From: Gracilinanus agilis
Taxonomy: Eukaryota
DNA: 64,000 nucleotides
Direction: 5' to 3'
Assembly: GCF_016433145.1 (NCBI RefSeq)
Contig: NC_058132.1
Span: 7,688,211-7,752,210, forward strand
The position numbers and the translations under genes are program-made. Below, piece by piece: positions 1 to 13,460 of this stretch. The stretch's first letter is position 1. Each line of letters opens with the position of its first letter. The notes beneath the pieces were generated by a model. It was not told the DNA's origin and ran no database searches. It worked only from the letters and a program-made list of their open reading frames with translations.

Positions 1-235
1 AGAAAAAATTTCCATGGTTACATGATTCATGTTTTTACTTTCCCCTTCACCTCCCCCCCATAGCCGAACATGCATTTCCACTAGTTTTAACATGTATCAT
101 CAATCAAGACATTTCCATATTATTGATAGTTGCATTGGTGTGGTCATTTTGAGTCTACATCCTCAATAATGTCTGCATCAACCCATTTGTGCAGGCATCT
201 TAATGGCACCTTTTCCAAGCAGTTCACTTCCTGGA
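1..235 (-). mobile_element. L1 3' end fragment (marsupial L1 3'UTR)
   Basis: Resembles the reverse-complemented marsupial L1 3'UTR/tail (ccatggttacatgattcatg...gagtctacatcc); similar sequence recurs at ~12.08-12.2 kb. Confidence 0.7.
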
Positions 236-304
236 TTCTGGAAGGTAGCAAGCTTCTTATCCTAAAATTACTCTCAAACAAAAAATGCTTTTATAAAATT
301 AGAA

Positions 305-1190
305 TTTTATGACAGTTATACAATCCCCCCTGAGGAGGGTGTTGACAAACATTCAGATCCATTCAGGTAGCCACTGAAGCTCATGGCTTTCAATTTTGAC
401 CAAAATGCTCCCTCTTGGGAGCCATTTAGGGGTACCATGCCCCTTAGGAAAATTTTATAAGACTATAACCCATCACAGAGTAACTGACCCCTTGGGTTTG
501 CTCCCTTCTTTGGCATGGGACTATAACTGCTCTAAAGGCATGTCTTTCATATGTCTCATCCATTTTAACGTGGAGGCGAGGAGTAGTGCTATAGCACTTC
601 ACTTCAGCTACTAAATGGATGCTTACCTCTTGTTACAAACAACTTAAAGGTACTTTTACAATGGTAGCTTCTCTAGTCCAGTCATAGGGGAAGGATACAA
701 ATAAGGACAGTGCAACAAAACTAATAACTAATTGTCAAAACACAGTAACTTAAAGTGACAAGAGTTAAATTAAAGTTGAATACTTCAAGTACTATTTTTA
801 TAAAAGTTTATCATCTGACAAAAATAGAACCACATGACTAAGTTTTTTTCTACCTGCTCAAAATGCCTGCTCTGCCAGAGTCCAACAGGAAGGAAAAAGA
901 GGGCTAGACACGGAACTCCACCCAATTTATGTCCTGTCTATGTCAGCATGTAATGACAGGAACTGGGAATCATAGTTTTGCTGGGATCACAGCCCTATTG
1001 GGGATCATAGTTTTCAGGGTAACAGATTCCAATTTCACAGCCTTCCCTCAGAGAAGTGGTCAAAGGACATTGACTGACTGGTTCTCAAAGGAAGAATTTG
1101 AGAGGATTAACAAATAGGATGTTCCCAGCAACTAAGAATAACAAATACAAATCAAAACCATTTTCAAGTTTGTTTCACTTCTGGCAATAC
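305..1190 (-). mobile_element. Possible ERV internal remnant ending in a polypurine tract
   Basis: Minus strand reads GGGGGGATTGT at 330..320 (PPT followed by TG, as at a 3' LTR start); no intact ORF; family not assignable. Confidence 0.3.
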
Positions 1191-1385
1191 CGGTGGTACA
1201 GTGACTGTAGTGTATTGAATCCATTGGAGTCAGGAAGAAGACCTGAGTTCAAATTCAGCCTGAGACTTTTACTAACTGTGATCCTGGACAAATCACTGCC
1301 TCCATTTCCTTATCTATAAAATGGGGATAAAAATAGCACCTACCTCACAGGGCTATGAGGATAAAATAAGATCATATTTGCAAAG
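1190..1385 (+). mobile_element. MIR/CORE-SINE
   Basis: gacctgagttcaaattcagcc...tttccttatctataaaatggggata core. Confidence 0.75.
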
Positions 1386-3126
1386 TAATGACTTAAGACA
1401 CAGATGACCATTTTGTGTCAGGAATGTGGCACCCCATCTATGCCTCAGACTTAATGATGAGGTTTCTTCTTAATGATGAGGTTTCTACCATCTGTCATAC
1501 AGGCCTGAGCAGATCATTATACTAAATCAAACATGGTTGCTCATACATATAGACATTCAAAATGATGTGAGGGTGTACAGGTCTACTCATGTCAGGTAGG
1601 TGAGGATGATGGTAAGTAGATTTGGGTGCATTCCTTGAAACATGGAAATGAGATGTCTTGGTAGGATTGCTGTATAGATCATAGAGGAGCCTACCGTTAT
1701 CATACATACTCTTGTGATATCTAAGAAGAACACTAGAATAAATAATGATCAAGAAATTCAAAGAGAAACTACAGTAAGCACATTCATGAAACCCAGCACT
1801 CTAGAAAGAAAGCAAGATAAGCTAAGACTTCAGCCCATTCAGAGCTCCCCTCCAAAAAAACAATAACAAAGCCTGGAAAACATTTAAAGAAAATCAGATA
1901 ATAGCACAGCTCTATTAAAATCAAAAGACAAAGTGAAAATGGGATAAATCCACTTCCTTAAAGAAACCCCAAAAGAAAAACTCCTAAGAACGTCACATGC
2001 AAAATCCAGGACTCAAAGGGCAAAAACCAAAATCTGCATGCATCCAGAAAGAGTTCAAATACCAATGAACCAGTCAGGATCACACAAGAGTTGATATTTG
2101 TTATTCTTACGGAAATTAAATAGTGCATGTCAATATTCCTAATGGCAAAATATACATGTTTACAACCAAGAATAATAGTCGTTTAGTCAGCTTGATTCTA
2201 GAGGAGAAAAGTGGACTTAATGGAAAAGGATTTGAAAGGTAGTCTTCGTGAAAAATCCAGCCTGAGGAGAAACTTCAAAATGTTAATACAGGATACAGAT
2301 AAAATCCAGATTGGTAAATTCATTTGAATAATTGAAAGGGCCTATAATGATGAAGACTTGCTTATCTTCTTACCCAGGGAAAAAGTTTCCCAACAGGTCC
2401 TTATGTCTTTAGGGGTCACAGAGGGAGCAGGCATAGTATGAAGCTCACTCCCCTCTGAACCAGGAAAAAAATGTTGGAACAAAGTGAGAAGACAGTCGGG
2501 GGAAATGTTAAACCCAACAGGGCGACAGGCATGGATAGTAAGAGTCAGGGTTTAAGAGAGAACCTATTATGGTGGAATAATCCAAGGAAAATAGACTTCC
2601 ACTTCTGAGTTGGGGAGGATTAAAATGGAAATATAGTATGAATGCCTGCGGACTGGCTGAGGGGAGGCAGTTTGCTTCAATGACATATCACTGATGTTGG
2701 TCACATTCCTTCTTTTCTATCACCTAAGTAAAGAGAGGTGTGTGGGGGGGGGGGGGTGAGGAAGGGAAGAAAGATGATGGAGGAAAATTAAGTATTAGCA
2801 ATGATGAATGGGATAAAAGAAGACAATAGAATCCATCCTAGAGCAGAATGCATCAGTATTTTCAAGAAACAAAGCAGATTTAGTCAAGTTTTTAAAATGG
2901 AATGGAGTAGCATTTACGCTTCTGGTGAAGTAAAAGTCAGGTAGTAATTGAGAATTCATGCAAAACAAGAAAAAGTAAACTTGGTTTGAAGAGATCATGA
3001 AGGAAATGGCTTAAAGGTATCATGGGCAATTAAATAACTTCAATACTTTATATATGCACATGATAAAAGCATCTAAGTCATTGAATGAAAAATCAAACAG
3101 GCAGCTAGGTGGTACAGTGGATAGAG

Positions 3127-3288
3127 CAGGGGTCGGCAACGTATGCTATGCAGGAGCCATAAAGTCAATTTTTTTTCAGGCGCTATTACAGGAGCGCTCA
3201 CTGTGAGCACTGTACGGCTTTCATGAAATTACATTTTAAAAAATGTGGCATTTATGGCTCTCATGGCCAAAAAGGTTGCCGACCCCTG
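3127..3288. mobile_element. hAT (Charlie-type) MITE nested in an older SINE
   Basis: Perfect 14-bp TIRs CAGGGGTCGGCAAC/GTTGCCGACCCCTG; perfect 8-bp TSD GGATAGAG at 3119-3126 and 3289-3296. Confidence 0.95.
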
Positions 3289-3401
3289 GGATAGAGGGTT
3301 GGATCTGTAGTCAGGAGGACTAAAGTTCAAATTCAGCTTCAGATTTGCTAGATGAGGCAATATCGCTGCTAAAACCTGTAGGAATTACTGTTCTGGTTTT
3401 G

Positions 3402-3600
3402 TTTTTTAACCTTTATTTCCCATCTTAGAATCAATATTATGTATTGGTTTCAAGGCAGAAAATTGGTAAGGGCTAGGCAATAGGGGTAAAGTGACTTGCC
3501 CACGGTCACTCAGCTAGGAAGTGTCTGTGGCCATATTTGAACCTCAGACCTCCCATCTCTAGATCTGACTCCCAGTCTACTGAGCCATACAGTTACCTCC
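3402..3600 (-). mobile_element. SINE1_Mdo-like SINE
   Basis: Reverse of the ggcagct...ggtaagggttaaaa consensus seen many times in this window. Confidence 0.8.
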
Positions 3601-3989
3601 AGGAATTGATATTTCTAAGAGTGAAAGAAAGGGGTCCTAGGGGCACAATCTATAAGGCGAACATGGAAATTTTTAGAAGGAACCTAAACTAGATACCTTA
3701 AAAGTTTTCATTCCAAGAGGGATGTAGAGACTAAAGAAGGAGGAAAGCATAAGAGTCATAGATCAAAGAATTTGGCCAGGAGTAGAAAGGAAAAATAATT
3801 GGGAGAGGGAGCCATACCTGCTTTCTGATTTATTCTCCTCTACCAAATGACCTAATAAATTTCTTTCTAAAACTATTTCAGATTTTATGATTCATTCTCA
3901 CAATTTATAAGCAAATCCTACAGAACTTTCAAAGTAAGCTTAATCATTATGTTATATAATTTATATTTAAAAAAAAACAGAAAAGAACA

Positions 3990-4320
3990 GGGTCCTATTA
4001 AATTTCTTCTGTTATTCAAATATTTCTTGATACCCAAACCAGGTAAAATCAAAAGAGAAAAAAAAACTATAGACCAATACCCCTAATGAACATTGATGGC
4101 AAAAAGTTAAATAAAATATAATGAAGGACACTATGAAGAACATGTTATAAAGATTATACACTATCAACTGGTTGGACTTATACCAAAACTTCCAAATTGC
4201 TTTCCAGAATATTTTCACAGTTTCACCAACAGTGTATCAGCTGTCCCCATTTTTCATATCCCCTCCAATATTTGTCATTTTACCCTTCTGCTATTTTAGC
4301 CAATCAGAGAGGCATGCTTC
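3990..4320. mobile_element. L1 ORF2 fragments
   Basis: ttgatacccaaaccagg...actatagaccaata...atgaacattgatg (L1 ORF2 LIPKPG...YRPI.LMNID segment), followed by an inverted L1 piece. Confidence 0.65.
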
Positions 4321-4326
4321 TATTAA

Positions 4327-5227
4327 TGTTAGGATAAGCATCCATAATCTTTTTGATGACTTCTGCAGCGTGGAAGATATCTTCAGTTTCTTGGAAATGT
4401 AATGCAGGGTTTTGCATTGCAATATTAGCTTAGGCAAAGCTGTCAGTTGCCCTGGATGGAATGTTGACGATGGCATGCGCCATGGGCCTGGTGCCAGCTG
4501 GCAGTTGGGCTGAGACTATAAAAGCCCCTGGAAACCCAAGCCTGGGTTCTGTTTTCCCCTGACTTCACCCTGTCCACTCATCTACCCCTTCCCCTGGGCC
4601 CAGGTGGTGGGAGTGGAAAGGGTTGAGGGAGGAGGATCGTGGGTAGGAACTTAGGATAGCCTTGATATTAGGACCTTCTTCAAGAGCATCTCAACAACAT
4701 CTATTTCATTATCATCAAGATTAGCCAATAGATTTGGTCAATTTCTTAACCAGAGACAGTTTAGCTCTGGCTGAGGGCAGCCAGCTCTTGGCCTGCCAAG
4801 ACCTTCTTAGGACCTTTGCCAGCATCACCCAGAGAGACCATAGCAATAGCTTAGTAACACCAAGCCCTCTTACCTTGCCTATTCCTTTCCCAGTTTTCAA
4901 TAAATCCCTTAGCCTTTAACCAGAGAATCTTGTGGTTATTTCTTTACCACCAAGGCTAAGGAGGATAGGGAAGAAGAGAGAATTCTGAGCAGTTGAGGTT
5001 GAACCAAACCTCTATTGCTGGGGTAGGAAGTTCAAGCACCCACTTCCTGCCGGTCTGCCACCATCCAATAAGAGGTAGTTTACCTCACCAGGGAGGGGCT
5101 GCCTGCCTGACATCTTAAAGGAGCCTAGCAGTTAGCAGTGAAGTTTCACTGGGCACTTAGCTTTCAGAGTTTGGATTTGAACCTAAACCAAGTTTATTCC
5201 CAGCTGAGTTGCTCATCCTTCATAACA
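4327..5227 (+). mobile_element. Probable solo LTR
   Basis: TGTTA...TAACA termini, TATA box (ctataaaag ~4517), AATAAA ~4900; TSD not recognisable. Confidence 0.5.
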
Positions 5228-5862
5228 TCCAACTCCAACCTCCTACTAGACTTGTTACCGGCTCAAGGCCCATTTGTGACCATTCACTACCCCCATAACA
5301 GAAAGTAAACTAATTGCACATTATTCTCTTCTTCCTCTACATCATGTTCAAACAATACTGCCTCAAAAACAAGTTCCTCAAATACTTGTTGACCTAAATA
5401 AAGATCACTAGTCAATTTTTCCAAATGTGAATCAGGCAATTCAGTCCTAGACATCATCCTAATTCATTGGTTCATCAAAACTAAACTTCCATGCTTATTG
5501 GATCCGGGAGTGGGGAGGGAAAGAAAATGAAATATGTAAACATGGAAAAATATTTTAAAAATTAAAATTAAAAAAAAACCCTAAACTTCCATCATTCTTA
5601 TTGCTTCCATAACAGTTTTCTTTTGAGAGTGAAACCTTTAATTCCACTCCCCTGTATTTTGTTTGCCATCCTGTATTGCCCAACATGGTAAATATTTTTT
5701 GTTGAATCTTTAATGTTATGATTTTCCCAAAAATTAGCTAAGGAAGTTCCATCATAAACCCCAGTTTTTAGCAATCATATAAAGTTTTTCTTAAGTAGTG
5801 GGACTTAAATGTTGCAAAAGTACTTTGGTCCAGGGGCTGTGATAACAATTTTGTGTTTGATA

Positions 5863-6109
5863 TGTAAAGATTGAAATTATGTGTTATTTAAAATCACTTG
5901 GGATACTTGGAACTACATTTCCCGTGATCCGCAACAGGTTTCCTATTTTGGATTACGTATTCAAGGTAAGGGACGGCTTTAAATAGGGGGAAGTGACTTT
6001 GAACTTCCTCTTTAGCTACCTGAGTGTGCAAAGATAGAAAAGGTAAAATGGCTGAGGCAGGAGTTTGAATTCTTACAGGCACGTGGTCTAATGATTTTTA
6101 TCTCTATCA
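5863..6109. mobile_element. Short LTR-like insertion inside the Tigger relic
   Basis: TGTAAAG...TATCA with a gaactacatttccc motif; separates otherwise contiguous Tigger segments; no clear TSD. Confidence 0.4.
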
Positions 6110-6337
6110 GCATGGCTTTTATTAAAATACTATTCTCCCTTTTAATCTCGGCCCTCCTCATTTTTAATAACAACAGGTGGTAAAAAGGAGGTTTTTACAT
6201 TCTTAAAATGAACCAAGTGTAGTTGGATAACCTGAACAATTATCTAAAATCAGTAATGATTTAAATGGGGTCTTGTACTTGCCATATTTCTCAACAGGCC
6301 AGCTAGTCTTTGAAAACAGCTTTAATCACCCATGCTT

Positions 6338-6528
6338 TCTTTCCTTCTGTCTTAGAATCAATAATGCATGTTAGTTCCAAGGCAGAAGAGCAGTAATAAC
6401 TAGGCAATGGGGATTAAGTGACTTGCCCAGGATCCCAGAGCTAGGAAGTATCTGAGAATGGATTTGAAACCAGGACCTCCCATCTCTGGGCCTGGCCCTC
6501 AATCCACTGAGCCACCCAGCTGTCCCCC
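6338..6528 (-). mobile_element. SINE1_Mdo-like SINE inserted in the Tigger relic
   Basis: SINE consensus; TSD cacccatgctt on both sides. Confidence 0.85.
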
Positions 6529-7140
6529 ACCCATGCTTCTTTGCTCGACTGCTAAGGGATTGGAAGCAATTGAGTTTGTAGCCTTCTAGAGCACAAGAAT
6601 TTTGAGAATGAAAAACAAGCATGAGTTTTAATTTGAAATGCCCTTCTGCATTTCTAATCAATGAACATTTTTGGTGATCCTTAGACACTTTAATCCAGGA
6701 TGAGTTTTTTCTTTAGCAGAAATGTATGTTCTTTTCCAGAATGTTTCCTCTACATTAAAATGTATTGATCAGAATAGCCACCTTATTTGATTGTTTGCCT
6801 TGAAACATCAGACATTTAGCTGCTGTGTCCTCATCTGTGCTAATTGCCTCTCTGATAATTTTAACATTATGCAACTAAAAATTATTTTTAAAGCAATTAG
6901 ATATACCAGTATTTCACTGACTACTTCATTTCCATTTTCTTTCTCTGCCCTAAAAAAACTTGAAATTTTTGTTGTCATGATTGCAGGGGAAAAAAAAGAA
7001 TACATTTGTTATTTCAATCTTTAAACCACACAGTTAAAAGATATTCTAACACTGTAATACATCTCGTCCTTGTAGTTACATACAAACTCTGGTGTTTCCT
7101 TGCCTTTTTTCTTTTATTCTGTCTGTGTTTTTTTAATATT

Positions 7141-7808
7141 TGGTGCCACTGTTTGGATTATACCCCCAAAGAGATAATAAGGAAAAAGACTTGTACAAAA
7201 ATATTTATAGCATCATTCTTTGTGGAGGCAAAAAATTGGAAAATGAGAGAATGTTCTTCGATTGGGGAATGGCTGAAAAAATTGTGGTGTCTGTTGGTGA
7301 TGGAATACTATTGTGCTCAAAGGAATAAAGAACTGGAGGAATTCCATGTGAACTGGAAAGACCTCCAGGAATTGATGCAGAGTGAGTGAAAGGAGAAGAT
7401 CCAGGAGAACATTGTACACAGAGACTGATACGCTGTGGTACATTCGAACATAACAGACTTCTATACTAGCAGCAATGCAATGATCCAGAGCAAGGCTGAG
7501 GGACTTATGAGAAAGAAAACTAGCCACATTCAGAGGAAGAACTGTGGGAGGAGAAACATAGAAGAAAAACAACTGCTTGAGCACATGAGCTGATGGGGAT
7601 ATTATTGGGGATGTAGACACTAAATGATAACTCTAGTCCAACTATCAATAATATGGAATTAGATCTTGATCAATGATACATGTAAAACCCAGCGGAATTG
7701 TGTGTTGGCTAAGGAGGGCTAGGGGGGGTTGGGGGAGAGGGAAAGAACATGAAATATGTAACTAGGGGAAAATATTCAAAATAAAAATTAAAAAATATAT
7801 TAAAATTG
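7141..7808 (+). mobile_element. 5'-truncated L1 (ORF2 C-terminus and 3'UTR)
   Basis: LCPKEIIRKKTCTKIFIASFFVEAKNWK...MEYYCA motif, A-rich tail, short taatatt duplication at the flanks. Confidence 0.85.
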
Positions 7809-8289
7809 TAATATTCAGTGCCACATATTCAGGTGTGACATCTTATCCTCTTTTAGAATGACTATGACCATGTTCATGCCATTCGATTATATCAAGGCTC
7901 CTTGCTTCACTGACAGGGTGTCTTTCTGAAGTATCTCTACTTTAGCCATTTCATTAAGGGCTCTTTTTAAAAAAATTGAATACAACTGTTAATAACATGG
8001 CATATGGCAGCATAACACATCACCATTCAGTGATCAGCAAGTGCAAAGTGACGGTAGCAGTGTGTTAAAACCCTCAAGTAACATGTACTATTCACATGAA
8101 TCGAATTTTGAATTCCATTTAATGTAATTCGCACTAAATCAAATTTTATATTATTCAAATATAGTAATTATGACTTAGCTGCATTTTACAAAGCAGCAGG
8201 CAACAAAGTGATTTGGTAATGATTTTAAAATAGAAAGGTCAATCAGTGAAATGGATTAGGTACAAAGTATACAGGAGCAAATGAGCATA

Positions 8290-8920
8290 GTAGTTTAACT
8301 TACTATTTGATGTACCCAAAGATCCCAGCTCTTGGGATAATAATAAGACCTCATTACTTGACAAAAAAAATGCTAAGAAAACTGGATGGCAAGCTGGCCG
8401 AAACTAGGCATATACCAGCATATCACACCATACACCAAGAAAAGCTCCATATTTTTATATGACTCAGACTTAAAGGATGACATCATAAGCAAATTTAAAG
8501 AGTAAAGAAGAGATTATCTTTTAAATCTATTCATTTGGGAAGAGTTCATGACAAATCAGGGGATTTAAGGGATCATAGCAGGCAAAATAAGCACTTTTGA
8601 TTATATAAAATGAAAAACATTTTTCACAAATAAAACCAATGCAGCTAAAGTTAAAATGGAAGCAGGTAACTGGGGGGAAATCTTTGCAGCAAATTTATCT
8701 GATAAAGTTCTCATTTCCAAGGTACATAGGGAACTGATTCAGATTTATAAGAATAAGAGCCATCCTCCAATTGATAAAGGTGCTCAGGATGTAAACAAGC
8801 AATTTTCAGAGAAAGAAACATATGCTTTTCAATAGCCACATGGAAAAAATGCTCAAAAGAATGAAGTTCTTCCTCATATGCATCAGAGATCAGTAAAGTT
8901 GGCAAAAAAAAAAAAAAGAG

Positions 8921-8967
<47 letters not shown>

Positions 8968-9500
8968 ATGAAAGAAAGAAAGATGACAAATATTGGAGGA
9001 TTGTGAGAAAAGCTTGTAGTGCAGTAGATAGGATTTGCAATCAAGATGACCTGAGTTCAAATCTGACCTCAGATATTTCCTAGCTGTGTGTCCCTGGGCA
9101 AGTCACATAAACTCTGTTTGTCTGTTTCCCCAACTGAAAAATGAGGATAATAATATCTATCCCACAAGGTTGTTATAAAGATAAAATAAGACACTAATTA
9201 TAAAAAGCACCTAGCATGTGCCTTTTGTGGCACACAGATTTCCTTCCTCTAAAGTACTGTGGTAGACCTATGAATTAATCCAACCATTCTGGAAAGCAGT
9301 GTGGAAATTTGCCCCAAAGTTACTAAACGACATGAATTTTACAACCTAGAGACACCCCTTCTAGGTTAATATCCCCAAAGAGGTCAAAGAATAAGGAAAG
9401 GGCCCCATAAAAACACAATTGATGACAATAATTCTGTGGTAGCAAAGAACTGGAGATGAAGGAGGTGCCCAACAATTAGGGAATGGTGGAAGAAGTTATA
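8290..9500 (+). mobile_element. L1 ORF2 3' region with (GAAA)n and MIR insertions
   Basis: aaactggatggcaagctgg...ataaaaccaatgcagctaa...ggaaaaaatgctc segments typical of decayed L1 ORF2. Confidence 0.7.
8922..8981. repeat. (GAAA)n microsatellite
   Basis: Direct reading. Confidence 0.95.
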
Positions 9501-10229
9501 TGAACACAAGATAATTTCTTCCATCATTCCCTAATTTCTTTCTTCCTCCTTCAACTTCTTTTATCAGTTTAAAAAAAAAAAAGGATTTCTTCTCTCATTC
9601 TCTTTAATTCTCTTCCTTTTTTATCTGTTCTAACCTTTTGTTCTTTCTTCCATGGTCCTACTTCAATTTCTGTGTTCCCCTTAGAATTAAGAATTCTAAT
9701 CCCTGAACTGGGTTTTCCTCTGCTTAACAATGTTATTGCTTTATAGATCGTGCCTCCATTTCTCTCTCTTCACTCTCAGTAATATCCATCCCTGAAGCAG
9801 AGACAGAGAACAGTAGAAATTGTCCCGTTTCCCCAATTGCATGATCCATTTGGACTCTCTCGCCCTCTTCCCATTTGCCAGGAAAGTTCCTCTCTGGATT
9901 GATCCTCTCCACCCTCTGGATTCCTGTTCTCTGAAGCTCCAAAGACTTTTCCTCTCTATTCTGTGGGTCCAAGATTGATCGCCATCATTCCCTAGCAGTC
10001 ATTATTGATTATTTTCTTGTTGTCATTTCTTCATTTGCTGTTGTAGTCATTGCTTCTATTATTTTGCCGGTTCTGCTCCTTCCCTTTGCATTGCACTCCC
10101 CTTACTCTGCATTCTTTATATTCATTATTTCTTACAACCCAGGAATATCCTTTTCTATCCATGTGCCACCACTTGCTTAGACATTCCCAATTTGGGAAGT
10201 TACTTGGAACAATGCTCCCAAAGGCACCA

Positions 10230-10232
<3 letters not shown>

Positions 10233-10278
<46 letters not shown>
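10233..10278. repeat. (TA)23 microsatellite
   Basis: Direct reading; abuts a MITE TIR. Confidence 0.95.
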
Positions 10279-10279
<1 letters not shown>

Positions 10280-10485
10280 CAGTGATGGTGAACCTTTTAG
10301 AGACTGAGTGCCCAAAAAAGCTGCATGTGAGCCCCCCACCTTCCCCCAGACAGGGGAGGAAGAAGCACACCCATCAAGCAGCTGGGCAGAAGAAGGGTGA
10401 TGGCAGAAATGTCCTCAGGTGCAGCCAGGAGGGGGGGGGGGAAGCAGCCCCCTCTGGTACAGATGCCAGAGGTTCACCAGCACGG
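10280..10485 (+). mobile_element. hAT (OposCharlie-like) MITE
   Basis: TIR CAGTGATGGTGAACC vs reverse complement of GGTTCACCAGCACGG (13/15). Confidence 0.75.
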
Positions 10486-12049
10486 GTACACACTCTGACC
10501 CAGTAATATCCCTAGCAGGCTTAAATTCCCAAGAGATAAACATAGGCAGAAAATTTAGTAATTAATTCCTGGTGACTTATCCAGGATCACACAACTAGGA
10601 GTATCTGAGGTCACATTTGCACTCAGGTCCTTCTAACTCTAGGTTTGGGACTCTACCCACTCTGCTATCTAGCTGTCCCATTGAACGATACCATTGTAAA
10701 GAAAATCAATTTTTAAATATTTAAGAACTCTGATCAATAACATGACCAGCTGTGATTCCAAAGAACATCCCTACTTCCTGACAGAAAGATTATGAACTAG
10801 AGGTAGCTAGGTAGTACAATGGGTAGAGATCACTGGACCTGGAATCAGGAAGACTTGAATTGAAATCCAGCCTCAAAAACTTACTGTGTGACCCTGGACA
10901 AATCATCTACCCCCTCTGTGCCTCAGTTTCCTCATCTGTAAAATGGGGACAAAATAGCACCAGAACTCCTCATTGTGAGTATCAAATGATGTGTTTCTAG
11001 GACACCATGTAAACCTTAAGGCATTCTATAAATATGATTTATTGTTAAGATATAGAATAAGAAACACATTTTGGAAAGAGACATGTAGAAATTTGTTTTG
11101 CTTGACTATGTATATCTGTTACAAGAGTTTTGTCTCAGATTTTTTTCAATGGGGGGAGTAAAAAGAAGAAAGACACTAAAAGCAGGTTAGCACCCCCACC
11201 TCAAGAGAAAGAAGAGTGTCAGAGGCATTGTTTCCCCAATAGACAAAAGAAAACGGAAAGGAGGCCAGAGAAAATCAAAGAAGAGCAGAGCAGTTAGGAA
11301 ATTTCTACGTTGGTGCTCCTCACCTTCTGACAGACTTGGACCCAGAATGCAGTGACATTTTTTTTTTTTTAGCATGACCCATGTGGGAATTTGGATTTGC
11401 TTGCTTTGGGGTTTGGGGTGGAATGGGAGGATTGGGAAGAAGAGAATGTGGATTTTTGCGAAAAATAAAATGAAACAATTTAAAAAAGAAAGTTGTGTAG
11501 TGGATTTTTAATATATTTAGAAAGAAATGCAAAGTTTTTCTGTTTTACTATGTATATGGCAATGTCTATTTTGCCTGATGTTTGTTCAGAATAAAAATTT
11601 AAGACTTGAGAGACTAAAGGGGCAGGTGGAGAAGATGTGGCCTGAAATGTTCCACAAACCCTGCCAAGTAGCTATAATGATCAAAAAAACATGGAAACCT
11701 TAATTAGTTCATTAGTATTGGGCCACCTTTCAGATAAGACATATGGGTTGCTTAGATTCACAATTCTGAGAAGAAAACTCCTCACATCAAAATTTAGATA
11801 TAACCTTGGCCTTGTCTCTGGACAGCAAGGACAAGGGATTTGGTTTCTTAGTCACAGGTTCAAACAATGCTCAGTTTCCACACTCACTGCCTTCCTTAGA
11901 GTCTGTTCTGAAAAGAGTAAAATTTGACCTAAATTTATCCCAAGGAATTTAACATATCATTAGCATCCCTTTTACATTGTAGTTAGCTCCTTCCCCAGAG
12001 TTTTATTTAATTTGGTGATCCTTAAGTGTATTTTTTTGCTCCTTTTTTT

Positions 12050-13460
12050 TAAAGTTTAATTAATTAATTAATCAAGAATATTTTTCCATGTTTCCATGAT
12101 TCATGTTCTTTCCCTCTTCCCTCCTACCCCCTTCCACAGCCAATGAGCATTATTTTCATATTATTACTAGTTGCACTAGAGTGATCTTTTAGAGTCTACA
12201 TCCCCAATCATATCCCCATCGAGGACCCATGTGATCAAGCAGTTGTTTTCTTTTGCATTTCTGCTCCCACAGTTCTTTCTCTGGATGTGGAGAGTGTTCT
12301 TTCTCCTAAGTCCCTCGGGATTGTCACCGCTGCTAGTAGCAGAGCCAGTTACATTCGATTGTACCACAGTGTATCAGTCTCTGTGTACAATGTTCTCCCG
12401 GTTTTGCTCCTTTCACTCTGCATCATTTCCTAGAGGTCTTTCCAGTTCACATGGAATTCCTCCAGTTCATCATTCCTCTCAGCACAATAGTATTCTATCA
12501 CCAACATATACCACAACTTGTTCAGCCACTCCTCAATCAATGGACACACTCATTTTCCAATTTTTTGCTACCACAAAGAGTGTGGCTCTAAATATTTTTG
12601 TCCAACGTATTTTCCCCTATGATCTCTTTGGGGTACAAAGCCAGCCACACTAATACATTATTGGTGAAGGTGTAGAATTACACACGTAAAATGACTAAAA
12701 AAGTCCATTCCCTTTGAATAAGAGACTCCATTTCTGAACTTATACTTTAGGACTCCACCAATAAGAAAAAATTCCCCAGCACTCCAAAGTGTTTAGAGCA
12801 GCACTTTTTGTGACAGCTGAGCATTGGAAACAAAGTAAATGTCCATCAGTTGTAGAATGGCTAAACAAAAAGTGTTCATGAATGTAACAGAGTGTGTGCT
12901 ATAAGAACTGATGTGTGTGACAAATGCAGAGAAGCATCTCCATGAACTAATGCGGAGTAAAATGAGCTGAGGTAAGAAAACAGTGAACACAGTGACAGCA
13001 ACAATGTAAATGAAAAGAACAAGCATACAGTACAGAATTTAAAGTCCATGTAACACCATTACAAAGACCGAATGGGATTCCGATAAAGAGATGTGAGGTG
13101 TCACTCAAGGCTTAGTTTCTCAGATGGTTGTTTCTTTCTCTCTAAAAAAAATACTATTTGTCATATGGGATGGCTCTCTAGGAAGGGAAGGGGAGGGATA
13201 TTTGGGCTAACTATGGTGATGTAAGAAACAAAACATCAATTAAAAATGTATTTTTTAACATGATTGAGGGTGTAGACTCGTAACTACCACACCAATGCAA
13301 CTACCAACAATTTGGAAATAGGTCTTGATCAAGGACACATGACAAAACTAGTGGAAATGTGCCTCGGCCATGGGTGGGGGGCATGCGGGGGGTGAAGGGG
13401 AAAGTAGGAGCATGAATCATGTAACCATGTTAAAAATGAATATTAATAAATGTTTAAAAA
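12050..13460. mobile_element. Cluster of L1 3' fragments in both orientations
   Basis: Minus-strand L1 3' end ~12050-12660, plus-strand ORF2 piece ~12680-13030, plus-strand 3'UTR/tail ~13255-13460. Confidence 0.7.

Larger units (their letters stand above)
5240..8150 (-). pseudogene. Decayed Tigger/pogo-type transposase relic, interrupted by L1, LTR and SINE insertions
   Basis: Minus-strand translation across stops/frameshifts gives LLTVWFKD (CENP-B HTH), HNVK..REA.S.D, FNVEETFW, GHFKLKLMLVFHSQN, KSLLILDN (D at 6242-44), QPLDQ..ATFKSHYLRKT (D at 5828-30), matching the known Tigger1 motif order. Confidence 0.85.
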
